Below are positions 35,471 through 48,629 of a stretch of DNA of 64,000 nt, in pieces (positions within the stretch are counted from its first letter, which is position 1; each line of letters opens with the position of its first letter). The DNA is from Hypanus sabinus (Eukaryota), in contig NC_082731.1 of the NCBI RefSeq assembly GCF_030144855.1, positions 22,754,001 to 22,818,000 of the forward strand. The letters are read 5' to 3'. Under the pieces are notes generated by a model. That model did no database searches and was not told the DNA's origin. It worked only from the letters and a program-made list of their open reading frames with translations. Made by a program: the position numbers and the translations under genes.

Positions 35471-36539
35471 TAGAATTAGAGAAAGAGAATGAGTGAGATA
35501 AACGGTTAAAGTTAGTGTGTGAGAGAGGAATAATAAGTAAGCGAAAGGAAGTGAGTGACTGAGACAGAAAGAGAGTGAGAGAAGGGAGAAGGTGGGCGGG
35601 CAGAAAGAAAAAAAACACGTGCATGAATTGTGTTTGCGTCTGGTAGAATGGCGGATATAAATGTTGAGAGTCGTTGCTATGAAGTTTTTTCTGCGGCGAA
35701 TGATGATGTTATCTTCTATCTGCGCATGAATGCAGAATGCACCTCAATCAATTTATTTGGTAGAGACACGATAACAGATGTTCAGTGCTCTTGTTTCATC
35801 AGCTTTAACAGTCTCTCATTTGTTCAGTCTTCTAGCAGCTTATTTTATCCACAGTGAATTGACCTTTCGATAATGTAATAAAATCAAACTTTCAAAGTAT
35901 GAACGACATTCTTTTTATGTATATCGCATGCGATCTGCAGTTTCATCTTCATGCAGACAGTCAAAAATGAATGAAACGCCACAGTCGAGAAAAAGAACCC
36001 TCAAGGAAATATCGATAAAAATACATTCTGGCGAAAAAAAAATCGTGCAAACCACTAAACACGTAAATACATAGTACCCAGATCATGTGCCGCAAAGTGC
36101 ACGTGCAGCACCAAAGTGCAAGGAAATTTATATTTATTATGCCCATTCACTTCCAAATGTGAGCTTTTGTAACGAACATCTTGAAGCGGGGTCTGATAGA
36201 TGTTTGATTGAACATTCTTTGAAGGGATCCGGGGAGATGCCGATAAATTGGGAAACAGCATGTTAAATCAACAGAATAGACAGGATTTGCCAAATGACCA
36301 AATTTTTCTCCTATATCCTATCGTCTTATGGTGATCATATATCTTTTTTATACTCCGATATCAATTGTAAGTAATACATTTGTGATTTATAATACTTTTC
36401 CAGATATTATACATGTTTCACAGATAAATCAAATTCAAGTTAAAATCAGGTATAATATCGCCATCGTATGCAGTGATTTTTTGTTACCTCTACGACAGCA
36501 TTACAATGGAAATTATAGAAACATTGAAATATAGACAAC

Positions 36540-38160
36540 TACAACACAGTACAGGCACCTCGGCCCACAGTGTTATTGCGGATCAAGTACTTACTTGAGA
36601 AATTAATGGGGTTAATCACAGACCTGTAGCTTCCTAAGCTCCATGTTCCTATCCAGGAGACTTTTGAAAGACACTCTCAGAACACTACAGTCTCTGGCAG
36701 CCTGTTTCAAGTATTAACTATTCCTTGTGTAAAAAAAAAAACAAACACAACTTCACAGTGACATATCCTCTGTACCTACATCCAGGCAATTAAAATTGTT
36801 CCCTCTACAGTTAGATAAATAAGCCCTGGGAAAATGTCCTTGATTATCCATACGAGCAATGTCGCTAAGCATCTCAAACAACTCAATCAGGTCACGTCAC
36901 ATCCTCTGCCGCTTCCAAGAGAAAAGGCCGAGTTCACTCAATCTATTCTGATAAGTTATGCTGCCCAATCCAGGCAACATCCTTGATATCCCCTCTGAAC
37001 TCTTTCTATTGTTTCCATATCCTTCCAGTCGTGAGATCATCAGAACTGTGCAAGTATTCCGTGGGGTCTGACCATGGCTCTATACAGCTGTAACATTACC
37101 GACGGCTCTGAAGCTCAGTCCCACTGACGATGAAGGCTCGTGCATCGGAAGCCTTCTTAACATTACAGTCAAACTGTCCAGCTATTTTGAGTGTCCTATC
37201 TATTCAGAAACCAAGATCCCTCTGATGATTCCACACTATATTCTTCCATCATATTTGCTCGCCTGAACCACATGACACTCAAATGTGTTTGAACTTCATC
37301 TGCCACTTCCAAGACCAGATTTGTATCCATCGATGTCCCACTGTAACTTCTGACAGCCCTACACAAATTCGACAAAACACCTGATCTTTGTGTCATTAGT
37401 AAATTTGAATACCCGTCCCTTCGTTCTCATCAAGTTAATTTATAAAAATCACGAAAAGCAGGTGTCCCAGAACTGATTGCTGAGACATCAAACAGGACTC
37501 CGAGCTTTTTAACTTGGGGGAGAAGCTATTTCTGGATCTACAAAGCAAGGTCCCCTTGGATCCCATGACTCCTTAATCTCCCATTGAAGACTTGCATGAG
37601 GACCTTATCAACTCCTTTGCTGATATCCATATACACAACATCTACTGCTGTACCTTTATCACTGTGTTTAGTCATATCTTAAAAATGTTCAATCGGGATC
37701 TTAAGACAATTCATGCCTTTGACAAATCGAAGCAGACTATTTAGCATCATATTCTGCCTCCATGAATGTTCATAAATCCTGTCTCTCTGGATATTTCCCA
37801 AAACATTATCAACTATTGAAGTAACACTCACTGATTTATAATTTCCTGGGGTAACTCTACACCCTTTCTTGAAAAGGGGAACAATAACTGCAACCATCCA
37901 ATCTTCCGCAATTTCTCCCTTCCCCATTGATTATGGAAATATCATTGCCAGATGCTCAACAATCTCTTCCCTAGGCTCGCACTGTGGCCTGTGGTACATC
38001 TCTTCCGATTCCAGAAACCTATCCAGCTTGATGTTTTTCTAAAGTTCCAGCATATCCTCCTTCTTAATGCCTGTCTGCTCAAGTATGTCAAACCGCTGTA
38101 AGTCATCCCTACAATCGGCAGGCTAGTTTTCCATAGATACTGAAGCAAAGAAGCAAAGAT
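36540..38160 (-). mobile_element. Decayed CR1 LINE 3' half
   Basis: Minus frames: EDWMVAVIVPLFKKGCRVTPGNYKSVSVTSIV (RT N-terminal region); CR1-like 3' end near 36550. Confidence 0.75.
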
Positions 38161-38271
38161 AAAATACCTCTGTTGCGACCTGCGGTTCCATAAACACTTT
38201 TACACCGACACTTATTATATAGATGTACTAAATTGATATTGAAAACATAATTGAGTTGCATCAAGTAGATA

Positions 38272-39870
38272 CAGCGGCATACAAATGTTTAGGCACCCTT
38301 GCTCAAAATGTCCGTTACTGAGAATAGTTCAGTGAGTAGAAAATGAACTGATCTCCAAACGTCATAATCTTAAAGCTGAAACATTCTTTTCAATACCTTA
38401 AGCAAGGACAGTGCATTATTTTTGTTTCATACAATTTTAGAGAGAGAAAAAATGAAAGGAGAACCATGCAAATCTTTGTGTACCGCAAGATATATGAGCG
38501 CTCAGCGAACATTTACCAAGATCTCAGACCTTAATTAGATTGTTCAGTGTATAGCATATACACAGTCATCATTTGGAAAGGCCATTTGATGCAAATTTCA
38601 AAGTTTTATATATACCCTGACTCCCCAAACCTTGTCCCAAAAATCAGCAGACATGTGCTCCTATAAGCAGGTGCCTATCAATCTGAAAAATAAAATAAAT
38701 GATGCCTGCAAAGCTGGGGAAGGCTGTAAGCAGATAGCATAGCTTTTTTTAGTTGGCCGTCTCCACAGTTCATAATGCAATTCAGATATGACAGGGAACA
38801 GGAACGGTGGAGTTCAAGTTGAGTTATGGAATACCAACAAAACCTTCCGACAGAACTCTTCAAAATCCCCGTTTGACTGCAAAACACTCTCAGCAAGATT
38901 ATTGATCTTCTGGAGTGGTGATGCACTACTCTACTGTGCAGGGACTCTTGCACAAATGTGACAGTTATTGAAGAGTGATCAGAGGAAAATCTTTCCTGAG
39001 TCCTCACCAAACAACTCAGCTTCAGAGATTTGCTAAGGAACAACGAAATGAGCCTGGACATTTTGGAAACAAGTCCTGAGGACTGATGAATTTAAAATAG
39101 AACTTTCTGGCCTCAATGAACAAAGGTATGTTTGGATAAAAAAGGGTGCAGAATTTCATGAAAAGAACAGTTTTCCAACTTTTAAGCACTGAGATGGATC
39201 TATCATGCATTGGTTTTGCGTTACAACCCGTGGCACGGGGAACATTTCACTGGGAGGGGGAAGCATGAATTCAATTATATACCAGCAAATTGTGGATGCG
39301 AGCATCACACCATCTGTAAAAAATAAAATTCTGAAGATGAAAAGAGGATAGCTTCTACAAACGGAATAACGAACACACCTCAGAATCCATATTGGACTAC
39401 CTTAAGAGGCGCAGGCTGATGGTTTTGCCCTGAACCTCACAGTCCCCCGACCTAAACGTCTTCGAAAGTCTGCGAATAGACATCAAGGGAGCAGAGCATG
39501 CAAGACGGTCCAAGGATCTCACAGAACAAGGAGCCTTCTGCAAGAATGATTGGGCGAATATCCCCCAATCAAGAACTGAAAGACTCTTGGCTGGCAACGT
39601 ATAGTGTTTACAAGCTGTGACACTTATCAAAGGGGTTGTTGCTATTCACTGACTACGCAGGGTGCCTAAACTTTCGTTTCGGCCCTTTTCCATTTTTGTT
39701 ATTTTGAAACTGTAAACGATGGAAATAAAAAAACTATTTTTCCTGAAAATGTTAAAGAAATGCATCATCTTTAAAATTATGCCTTTTGGAAATGAGGTCC
39801 TCCTTTATCTGTTTAGTTATTCAGTAACTGAAGTTTTGAACAGGGTTCACAAAATGTTTCCACGTAAGTG
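38272..39870 (+). mobile_element. Tc1/mariner DNA transposon, decayed transposase, ~220-bp IR/DR ends
   Basis: ta|CAGCGGCATACAAATGTTTAGGCACCC left end and the inverted counterpart at ~39660-39870. Transposase remnants include GEGCKQIA (cf. GEGYKKIS), MNSIIYQQI and SQSPDLNVFESL (cf. WPSQSPDLNPIE). Confidence 0.85.
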
Positions 39871-41525
39871 TCTATTAAGCAGTTAAGTTCAAACAGGAGG
39901 TGAAAATAAAAGAGAAATTCATAAACGAAATCGTAATTCTGCTGTGAACAGGCAAAAACGAGAATATATGATGATTTCCAAACGCTTTCAATGAGAGCTG
40001 CAGAGCACGTTGTCTACATACTCGCTTCGGTAGAACTTAACAGGCCATTAGGTCAATCATCAGCTGGAATTTAGTTGTCATTGGTCTTGAGTATGAACCC
40101 ACAACGAATAGACGGAAAACTTCCGTATTGGCAGCTTCAGCTCGCTGTCGAGACCAGAAATGATCTTAAACAAGTCTTGGAAGTATTTGCTGGATTCCCA
40201 ATAACCTTCCAATAGGGATAGGATACGCAGATACCATTTTATTCACATGTTATGGCATTCTTCAGTTTTAAGGCTTTACGATCATTGAATTAGAAAGCAA
40301 AGCCCTGGAATAGGTCTGTTGCCTCCGCCGTCATTAGTTTTTCTAACGAAAACTCCAATTATCTGGCATGTTTTCATAATTAGCAGAATTCAGCTGCCAG
40401 GACTGAATCGACGTGTTATCCCTGTTTCACTTTGAATCCCCAGGAACGGAAGAGAAAAGGGCGAAACTTACATCAAAATATCTGCGAAATAAATAGCGTG
40501 AAGTACATTATCCCAAGCATGTCATTCTTAAGGCATATTAGGTTATAGGTTTGAAATCACGTCTTAAGGAGAACTGAAATGTAGCTCTAATGTGTTTTAA
40601 TTCAGAACGTGATAACACATTCACTTCTTGCAAGTGCACAAACAGGTAAATGAATCATCGTGTTTACAAAGTGTACGACGATGAAACTGAACAAGGAATG
40701 ATAAAACACGCGTTGAGGTTGATCGTGGTTAGCAGCATTTCCCGTGTTTTTTAGCATAAAACGCTTTAACCATATGATACTTTAGACGTTTGATATAATC
40801 ATTGACTATTCAAACACTGAATCCAAACTGGATTTATTTCGACATATAGAACGTTCATAACGATGTTTCCACCCTTCAGTCCAAAATAGCCCTTCTCACT
40901 GAGGGGGTTATTCTCTTATTAAACGTTGATATCCAAGGAGAGAAATATGATTTAATTCTCTTCCTGCAATTTCTCAGGTCATTTTTATAGTCTGCTGTAT
41001 TTCTCTTTATCTGTGATATACAGTGTCATAGTCAATTCGTAGGAAATAACTTTGGCCCAGTCTTTCTGGATCTGCCAAAGCCAGATTAACTGGTTGCATT
41101 GCGGAATAAGAAAACGGTGAGAGATTAATAGATCAAGAAAACAAAGCTGATTCGAGTACTGTAGAGGTTAACAGGGTTGTGTGCACCAGTATTCAGAAAA
41201 AAATCATATTCGCCATGTATAAGGAGAATTCATGAATTGTATTCCGATGGCTACTCGTAATATACTCAACTTAAATGGTTAAATTAATTGTAACAGTTTC
41301 TGTAGTATGAAATTTAAGAGATGATTATTAAAACAAATAAAGTAAACTGGGCTGCTATCATATCTGGCGTAGTGGTCCGTGATGACTAAGATGCTTGTCA
41401 TGTTGCTGGTGCTAGTTCACCCTAGTTTTGAAAGGGGTCCAGAGGAGACACTGTGACCTCTGCTGCTATTAAGAGAGAGGGGCAGGCGTCCACAACAATG
41501 TGTGTGCGTGTGTGAGTGAGACAGA

Positions 41526-41566
<41 letters not shown>

Positions 41567-41583
41567 GATGCTCGAAAGAATGA

Positions 41584-42034
41584 TGTCATGGTTCCTCTGT
41601 TGATTGTTTCCTTTTCACAAGGTCAATTGCCTGCTTGTAGGATGTCTGCAGAAAGCGATGGGAAGAGCAAGCTGATGGACAGTTGGTGTCCAACATGTGG
41701 AGATGAAAAGAAGATCTACTGTTACACAGACAGATACACAGTTTAAACACCACGATACACACACAGTGTCGGACACTGAACGAGCTTTTTTCACCCACTT
41801 GAAGTTGGGGTTTTTGGAAGATCGATTCGGGGAAATCGATCAGTCGCTCACAGTGTGAAAAAGGTGGGTCCGGTGAGGAATTAATTGAGAGTCCTCCCTG
41901 GCCGGGGTGATAATTCTACCAGTAAAGAACGGTTGTACTGTTATGATCACAGTTGGTGACCATCACGGGATTTCGGGAAACAATGGTAAGATCTATGGCA
42001 ACAGTTCATCTCTAACCTCTCTCTCTCTCTGACT

Positions 42035-42093
<59 letters not shown>

Positions 42094-43891
42094 CTCTCTG
42101 TCTCCCAACGTTCCACAAGTTGCTACCTCGAACTGAACTGAAATCTCTTCATTGTATCGCAAGTCTCTATCCATTTCTGATATGTGTCAGTATTAACCTG
42201 TTTTATATATTTGTATTTATATTCCTGTATTTCGTAGTTAACTGATAAACATTATTAGTTTATAGCGATACCAGACTCCAAAGCGTGTTCCGTTTCTGCT
42301 GGTTCTTTAACCGTGTCTCGGTGTAAGTGACACTGGCATCCGGTTCTTTATACAGGAAGTACGGGCACAGAAGGTCCAAAAGCTCCACACTCTGCTTTAC
42401 CCCTGTCTCGGGGTCCGCGACAAAATTGGGGCCTACATCCGGGATATGAACAAAATTGTGTGGGGGCTTGTTTGGAGTCATTGGGGAAAGTCCTTATGAT
42501 TTTGTTGTGTGGAGAAACAGCAGAAATGGAGTTTTAGGTAAATAAGTTTATGGCGGATCCTACCTCTAAAACGTTCGACGAGACTAAGAGGGAGGTACAG
42601 ATGGGAAGCTCTCGTACCCTAAAGGTTAAAGTGACCACTCGCATGAGGAAGGCTGAGGTACAGCTGTGACTAGCACACCATTACGCAGCCGAGGGGAAAT
42701 TCGAAGAAGTGGTGTTAGAGATGTTTGTTGAGAGCAAAGAACTTACTGAGTCAGAGGTTCAGCTTCAGGCAGAAAAAATGAAGTATGAGCATGCGTTACG
42801 GGTAAAGAAACTGGAGGTTGAAGAAGGAAGAGAGTCAGTAAATAGAATTGTGAAAAAAAATCTACTGGCCTAATTTAAGGAAGATATTATGTACATTTAC
42901 GGGAGTAACTATTCCTGTCAGGGTGCAGTGGAACCTAATCAAGTGATCCCAGCAGTACCATTCAGACCGATACCAGTTGTTGGTGATCAGCTTTCCATGG
43001 TCATAGTGGATTGTGTGGGCCCATTGCCAAAGACTGCAGCAGGCTGCGAGTGTCTGTTAACTACCATTTGTGCTGTGTCACGATTCCATAGTGTGGTGCC
43101 TTCAGAAACATCAAGGCTAAGACTGTGGTAAAAGCACTTGTAACATTTTTCACACTGATAGGTCTTCCCAAAGGAATCCAATCTGTCCACGGTAGTAACT
43201 TTACTTCGAAAACATTCCAGGGGATAGTTAAAGAGTTCAGAACTGAGCATATTGTGTCACCATTGACTTACTCAGAGAGCTGTGGTTTTAACACGTCAGT
43301 GTGTGTTAATGTGATAGATTATGAACTGAAATTCCCGCCAGAGGCTTAATAAGGAATGCGACATTGCGAGGGAAATGTTACTAAACTCCAAGTCAAAATG
43401 AAACATTAGTATGATAAAAGAGAATAAGAAGTGTTTGAAGTTGGTGATAAGGTCTTGGTTTTATCACCCTTTGTGACCAACCCCCTCCACGCTAGATTCA
43501 AGGGACCCTATGATTTGTTTAAAAGATTGACTATTTGAACTATGTTATCAAAATTCCTGATAGGCGGAAAACTAATCAGTTGTTCACATTAATATGTTGA
43601 AATATTATGGCCCACAGTCGGTACCAATTAGTGCTGTCATGGAAACAAATGAGGGGACGGAATCTGATAACGAGGAGCAGGAACTTTTTAAGAAGTTAAT
43701 TTAGCGTCAGCCAGACTAGAGAATTTCATTACTTTGATCAACCCTACTGATACAGTCTGTCACCTGGAGATTACCCAGAGAAAGCAACTGACAGAATTAA
43801 TTAACAGGCATAAGGACTTATTTCCCGATGTTCCACGACGGTGTACGTGCGCAATGCATGACGTCATTGTAGACTCAGCTCAGCCCATTAA
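41584..43891 (+). mobile_element. Gypsy LTR retrotransposon remnant, Gmr1-like (5' LTR 41584-42422, PBS, gag, integrase, start of RT)
   Basis: TGTCATGG...CGCGACA followed by AAATTGGGGGCCTACATCCGGGAT (PBS-like). Integrase: EPNQVIPAVPFRPIP...VIVDCVGPLPKT and RFKGPY (43503). Then the pre-RT motif HLEITQRKQL...HDVIVDSAQPI, cut off by the gap. Confidence 0.82.
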
Positions 43892-44072
43892 NNNNNNNNN
43901 NNNNNNNNNNNNNNNNNNNNNNNNNNNNNNNNNNNNNNNNNNNNNNNNNNNNNNNNNNNNNNNNNNNNNNNNNNNNNNNNNNNNNNNNNNNNNNNNNNNN
44001 NNNNNNNNNNNNNNNNNNNNNNNNNNNNNNNNNNNNNNNNNNNNNNNNNNNNNNNNNNNNNNNNNNNNNNNN
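43892..44072. other. Assembly gap (181 N)
   Basis: Run of n. Confidence 1.
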
Positions 44073-44222
44073 ACAGACGAGAGAAGAGAGAGAGAAGAGA
44101 GAGAGAGAGAGACGAGAGAGAGATCATCAATTGTATTCCGAGGGCTACTCGTAATATACTCAACTGGGTGATAATTCTACTACTGACGAACGGTTGTACG
44201 TGATATAATCACACTCAGTGAT

Positions 44223-45161
44223 CACTTTTTAGTAAGGGGTTTCAGCCATAGTGCTGAAATCGGGGAGCAAATAGTTGAGATTAGAATGAGGTAAATGGAG
44301 AAAAATATTGCAGGGTCGCCCTGTCATTTTTTCTTTTCAGCAAACGGAAGAATAACCTCTGCGTATTGTTGACGTGGAAAATCGGTTGCAGGAGCACCCG
44401 GGCCAAAAGACGTGTGGTCACATCTGATTCTCTGAAATGGAGGATGAAGTTAGACGTAGCATCAGACATGGTGTACTTGGTGTTTTCAGTTCTGGGCACC
44501 TCACTACTAGAAAGTTGTGGATACTATAGGGATAACGCAGTGTAGATTTACAAGGATGGTGCCTCGATTTGAGCACACGTCTTATGAGAATAGGTTGAGA
44601 AAAAGTGAACTTTTCTCCTTGGATCGATGAAGGGTGAGAGTTGAACAGATAAAGGGTTATAGCATGCTGAAAGGTATTTAGCGTCTGGAGAGCTATAGGA
44701 TTATATATTCTTCGCTCTCAGGGCTGAAATTGCAAAAGCGTGGTTGCTAGTTTTAGAAGCCTCGGAGTATGTACAATATGGGGATATCAGAATAAGTTGT
44801 TCCTCCACACTCAAATAAAGGGAAAGGTTATGGAATGCACTGCCAGCTGCACTGGTAGAGGCGAATATAACAGGATCTAAAAGGAAAAGAGTTACTCCTG
44901 ACAGGCACATGGAGCTTAGAAAACTCGAGAGCTGCGAGTTTGCGGGAATTCTGGGCAGTTTCTAGAGTAGATTTGACGTTCGGTACAACATTAGGCAACG
45001 AAGGACCTGCAAACTGTGTCGATTTCTAAGGTCTATTTTATACTTTAGATTACCTACCATCGGTGGTGAAGATGAGTTTCAGGTATTCTCGTTTATTCAT
45101 CAATGATTCTTCTCTTCAGTTCAGTTACTGGGAGCAAATTTACGGGTCTTTTTAAGTTTAT
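44223..45161 (+). repeat. Dispersed duplication, copy B of 16971-17906
   Basis: Colinear similarity; both copies give the same antisense ORF start MPRTENTKYTMSDATSNFILHFRESDVTTRLLARVLLQP. Confidence 0.92.
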
Positions 45162-46899
45162 GCGTTAGGGATGTATGCTGGATATAGAATAGAGACCTAT
45201 GCGCAAATTCAGATGGGGTTTCCGGTGAGTTTCCTTTTGAATATGAGTGAACTGCCGAGACGTAATGAAGTAACAGCTTAAAGAATTGCTTATCAACGGA
45301 TACTGTCGAAAATTTGTCGAATAGGTTGGCTTTCAAAAGTCTCATTTCCTGGTAGATGATTAATTGAATGCTAATTTTAATGCTTTCTCCACGTCAATGG
45401 TTAACGAACATATTCGTAGTCATTATAGTATGAACAACGTGAAAAAACCCGTAAACTTCCCGGTAACAACGAATATGCTGAAAATGAGTTGGAAATAAAA
45501 ATAAAAAAATGGTAAATGTAAAGGGGACCAGGCAGAATTGTAAAATCAGGCAAACAAAATGAAAATCAAACTAAAACATCCCCATTTGCTCTCACCAACA
45601 GCATGTACGCGTGTATCTTTACATTTTTACTTCTTCCAACTGTCTCCTTTTATCTCTTTCTCTCTCTCTCTCACACACACACCCACGCCCAATCTCTCTC
45701 TCTATCTCACTCTGTTTCCATCTCTCCAGCCTTTTTCCCACACTGTCTCTTTCTTTTTTTCTATCCGTCTAACGCTCTATCTATGTATCGATCTACCGAG
45801 CTCTCTGGTTCTTTCTCTTTTTTCTTCATTCTTTCTTATTTTCTTCGATTCAGCAAGCCTGTTTCTTTCTACAATTTACTCTTTATCAAAGCTGGCAGTT
45901 TCTATCTCCCTGATGTTGTTCCTTTGCTGTGTTTATCTACCTTCCTGGATTGACAATTAAATCAAGCTTCACCTCATTATCATCTTGGGGTAGTATGGAA
46001 CTGAACTGCTCCAACAATTCAAAAATTCTGTTTACTCGTCCATATCTGTCCGACCGCAGGAATTTCAACATCGTCTGACCATGACACTGTGAACTATACT
46101 TGCAAACAGGAAACAGAAGAACGCATGTGTTCGGGCGCAAGTTTTAAAAAAAAATGTGGGCATATCGCAGCTGATCAGTTTCTTATTTATCTAGCGAGTT
46201 ATTATCTTGATTGTTATTTGGTTGTTATATCAATTCGATGCAATTTGATCTCTGTCTCCATCATTTTTCCCCGACAATCAACGATTGAGTTCCGGGATAC
46301 TGCTGGTGTTATCTGTAAAGCTGAAAACTTAATTAAAACAGACGAAATCCAGGAAAAAATAGAAAAGGGTCAGAGAACTCAGTACCTTTGGCAATCCATG
46401 ATGAAGATGAGCATTAGGCTCTCCAGTTTATTCCTTAATTATCGTCGTCCTCATGTCACTTGCTGGGAGGGAGGCTGCCCGTCATTGAAGTTTAATTCTT
46501 GGAGCTGATTGCCGATTCTGTTCAGATTTACGACTTTGAAGTGCAAGCTTTCGTTAGCAGTCTAATGTATGAGGAATTGTTATCCACATTTTCCAGGGAT
46601 GAGTGTATGCAAACATGACGCCATGAGTCGTAGTTCAGTTTCAACGGTAGAGAACTGCGTTGGCTCCTGACTGTACTGAATCTCCCGCTTGTCTATTCAT
46701 TCAAGAAGGTGACATCAGAGGTACTCTAACTTGTTTACCTTGATGCTACTGGTCTTCCTGGCACAGAAGAACCCTGAGATTGGACTACGAAGTTAATTAC
46801 GATTCATCCCATGCAGATCCCACAAACGTTGTTCTATGCATTTGCTGAATAATCTGCTGGGGATTTCATATTTACTATTTCTGCGATTTTATTGTAGAC

Positions 46900-47750
46900 A
46901 GATCGGAACGTAAAGACAAGCCATATGCAAAGAATTTCGCCTGCAAACTATCACCTACAAACGGGTACCCCAAGGGAATATGGGTTCCTCTCTCTTGAGG
47001 TTTTCATCTGCACAAATGACCTTGTGCAGCAGGGATTACATCCTCAGCCATCTTTCGTCCAGCGCTCTGCCAGCTTCCTACAAATACAACATCCACTCCC
47101 AGTAGACTCCCTCAGAAATATCTCTTTATCGTGTTCTGTAGAACCTTCTCTCAATTACACTATCATGGTTGAGTGACACCACGTTCCTAAGATGAGCAAG
47201 AAAGCTTCCTATATTTAGTTCAAATCCAAAATGAAATACCTACGAGACGGAAGTAAAAACCTTAACCAGGGTGCTACACACTTCCTCACATAGTCATGTC
47301 CTCGTGACTTTGAAACATATTAAATAATTTATTAACACAGTACTTATCGAAATTTGAGATATTCAGACATCCAATGCATTTGTGTATGGCAGTGACATAC
47401 CTCACAAGGATAGACCCAACACTCTATTCCCGCATTTCGTCATACGGCAGACTATCCAGGGGCCTCTGGATTCGTCGAGACCTCAGTATTCCAATCCCTG
47501 ATCCTACACATTGAACTTACCTTTCGGTCCCGTCTACAAGTGGATGCCTTTCCCAGACGATCTCTCATGTCTTCCGGCGGCTCAGTTCTCTCTGTTCCAT
47601 GAACGAATTTGTCTTCGGTCAGTTTCAGCCGACTTTGCCAAGCATCCTCATCAACACTGGTCCTGCCTGACGAGACATCTCTTGGTGGCTGCAATCGTGT
47701 GGCAATTACTCCTGGATTAACTAACAGCAGATTCCGCGTTTGAAAACTTA
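46900..47750 (+). mobile_element. Degenerate Rex1/Babar-like LINE fragment
   Basis: TGTP(Q)G...LSLEVFICTND (cf. GTPQGCVLSPLLF.LYTND) and RICLRSVSADFAKHPH (cf. RCLRKA.SI..DPSHP). Confidence 0.5.
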
Positions 47751-48119
47751 TCATCTCAACCGAAATTAGTTTCTATTTCTCGGTCATTCTGATAAGATAT
47801 GGGGTTCCTGTCACTCTGTGCTCCATCCAGAGCGGAGCATAATAGGTTTCTGACTGTCAATAATGTCAGGAACCCCGTCATCCAATTCCGGAAACTTCAG
47901 CTTCAATGGCAAGTAACCATCGTCTGGATACTCATCAGCAGGAAGTCCAAGAAGCCCAAGCGTACTGAATGGCGTCAATGATGAATGAGTGATGTATCGA
48001 TTGTAAAACTATCTATAAAACAAACGAACTTGAAAACCTGTGTCAAGTATGGCTAAGATAAATGCTTTCAATTCGTATGGCTTCATCATAGCCTGGTCCC
48101 ACGAAACGCTCTGGAATTG

Positions 48120-48296
48120 TGTTTCATCTATAGGGAGAAGCGCTGTCAACGTTTCAGGAAGAAGCCATTCGTCAGGACAGCCCGAAACGTCGTCAGCGCT
48201 ACTCCCTATAGATGCTGCCTGCCCTGCTGTGTTCTACCAGCATTTTGTGTGTGTTGTTGTTTGAATTTCCATATCTGCAGATTTCCTCGTGTTTGC
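48120..48296. mobile_element. Palindromic remnant of two inverted Penelope terminal repeats
   Basis: catctatagggagaagcgct...agcgctactccctatagatg hairpin; minus-strand CTGACGA...GAAACGTTGAC at 48144-48178. Confidence 0.75.
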
Positions 48297-48629
48297 TGTG
48301 GAATCGTGTTTAGTAGTTTAGTATACGGACAGGAAAACACACTGTGGAAAAGTCTGTTGTGTTGATCAGAGGTTTCTGCTCTTTTCTTCTCTGTTTGATT
48401 AATCGCCGATTTATTTTCCGAAAATGTTCCTGTCATCACACTTCTGTTCGAAATATCTGTTTTCTCCACCCTTTGTAACAAGATAAAACTGTCACCTCTG
48501 TGTTGAACGGATCGCGCTCAGTGGCAGCCCTTGTCTTGATACGTCCCACCAGTCGGTCTGACCTCCTATCAGCCGGGCCAGTCTTATTGACAAGGGGCTC
48601 CTTTATTTCCTGTGATTCTGACGTATCGT

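Noticed and set aside
41030-41130. EITLAQS resembling an IgH V start (would be of interest as an IgH-like V in the TCR locus)
   Set aside because: Similarity ends after six codons; no WVRQ or YYCAR.
46085-46130. CACTGTG followed by LYLQTGNRR, resembling a J segment (LYFGxGT)
   Set aside because: No nonamer at 12 or 23 bp, the F-G-x-G motif is broken and there is no suitably placed splice donor.
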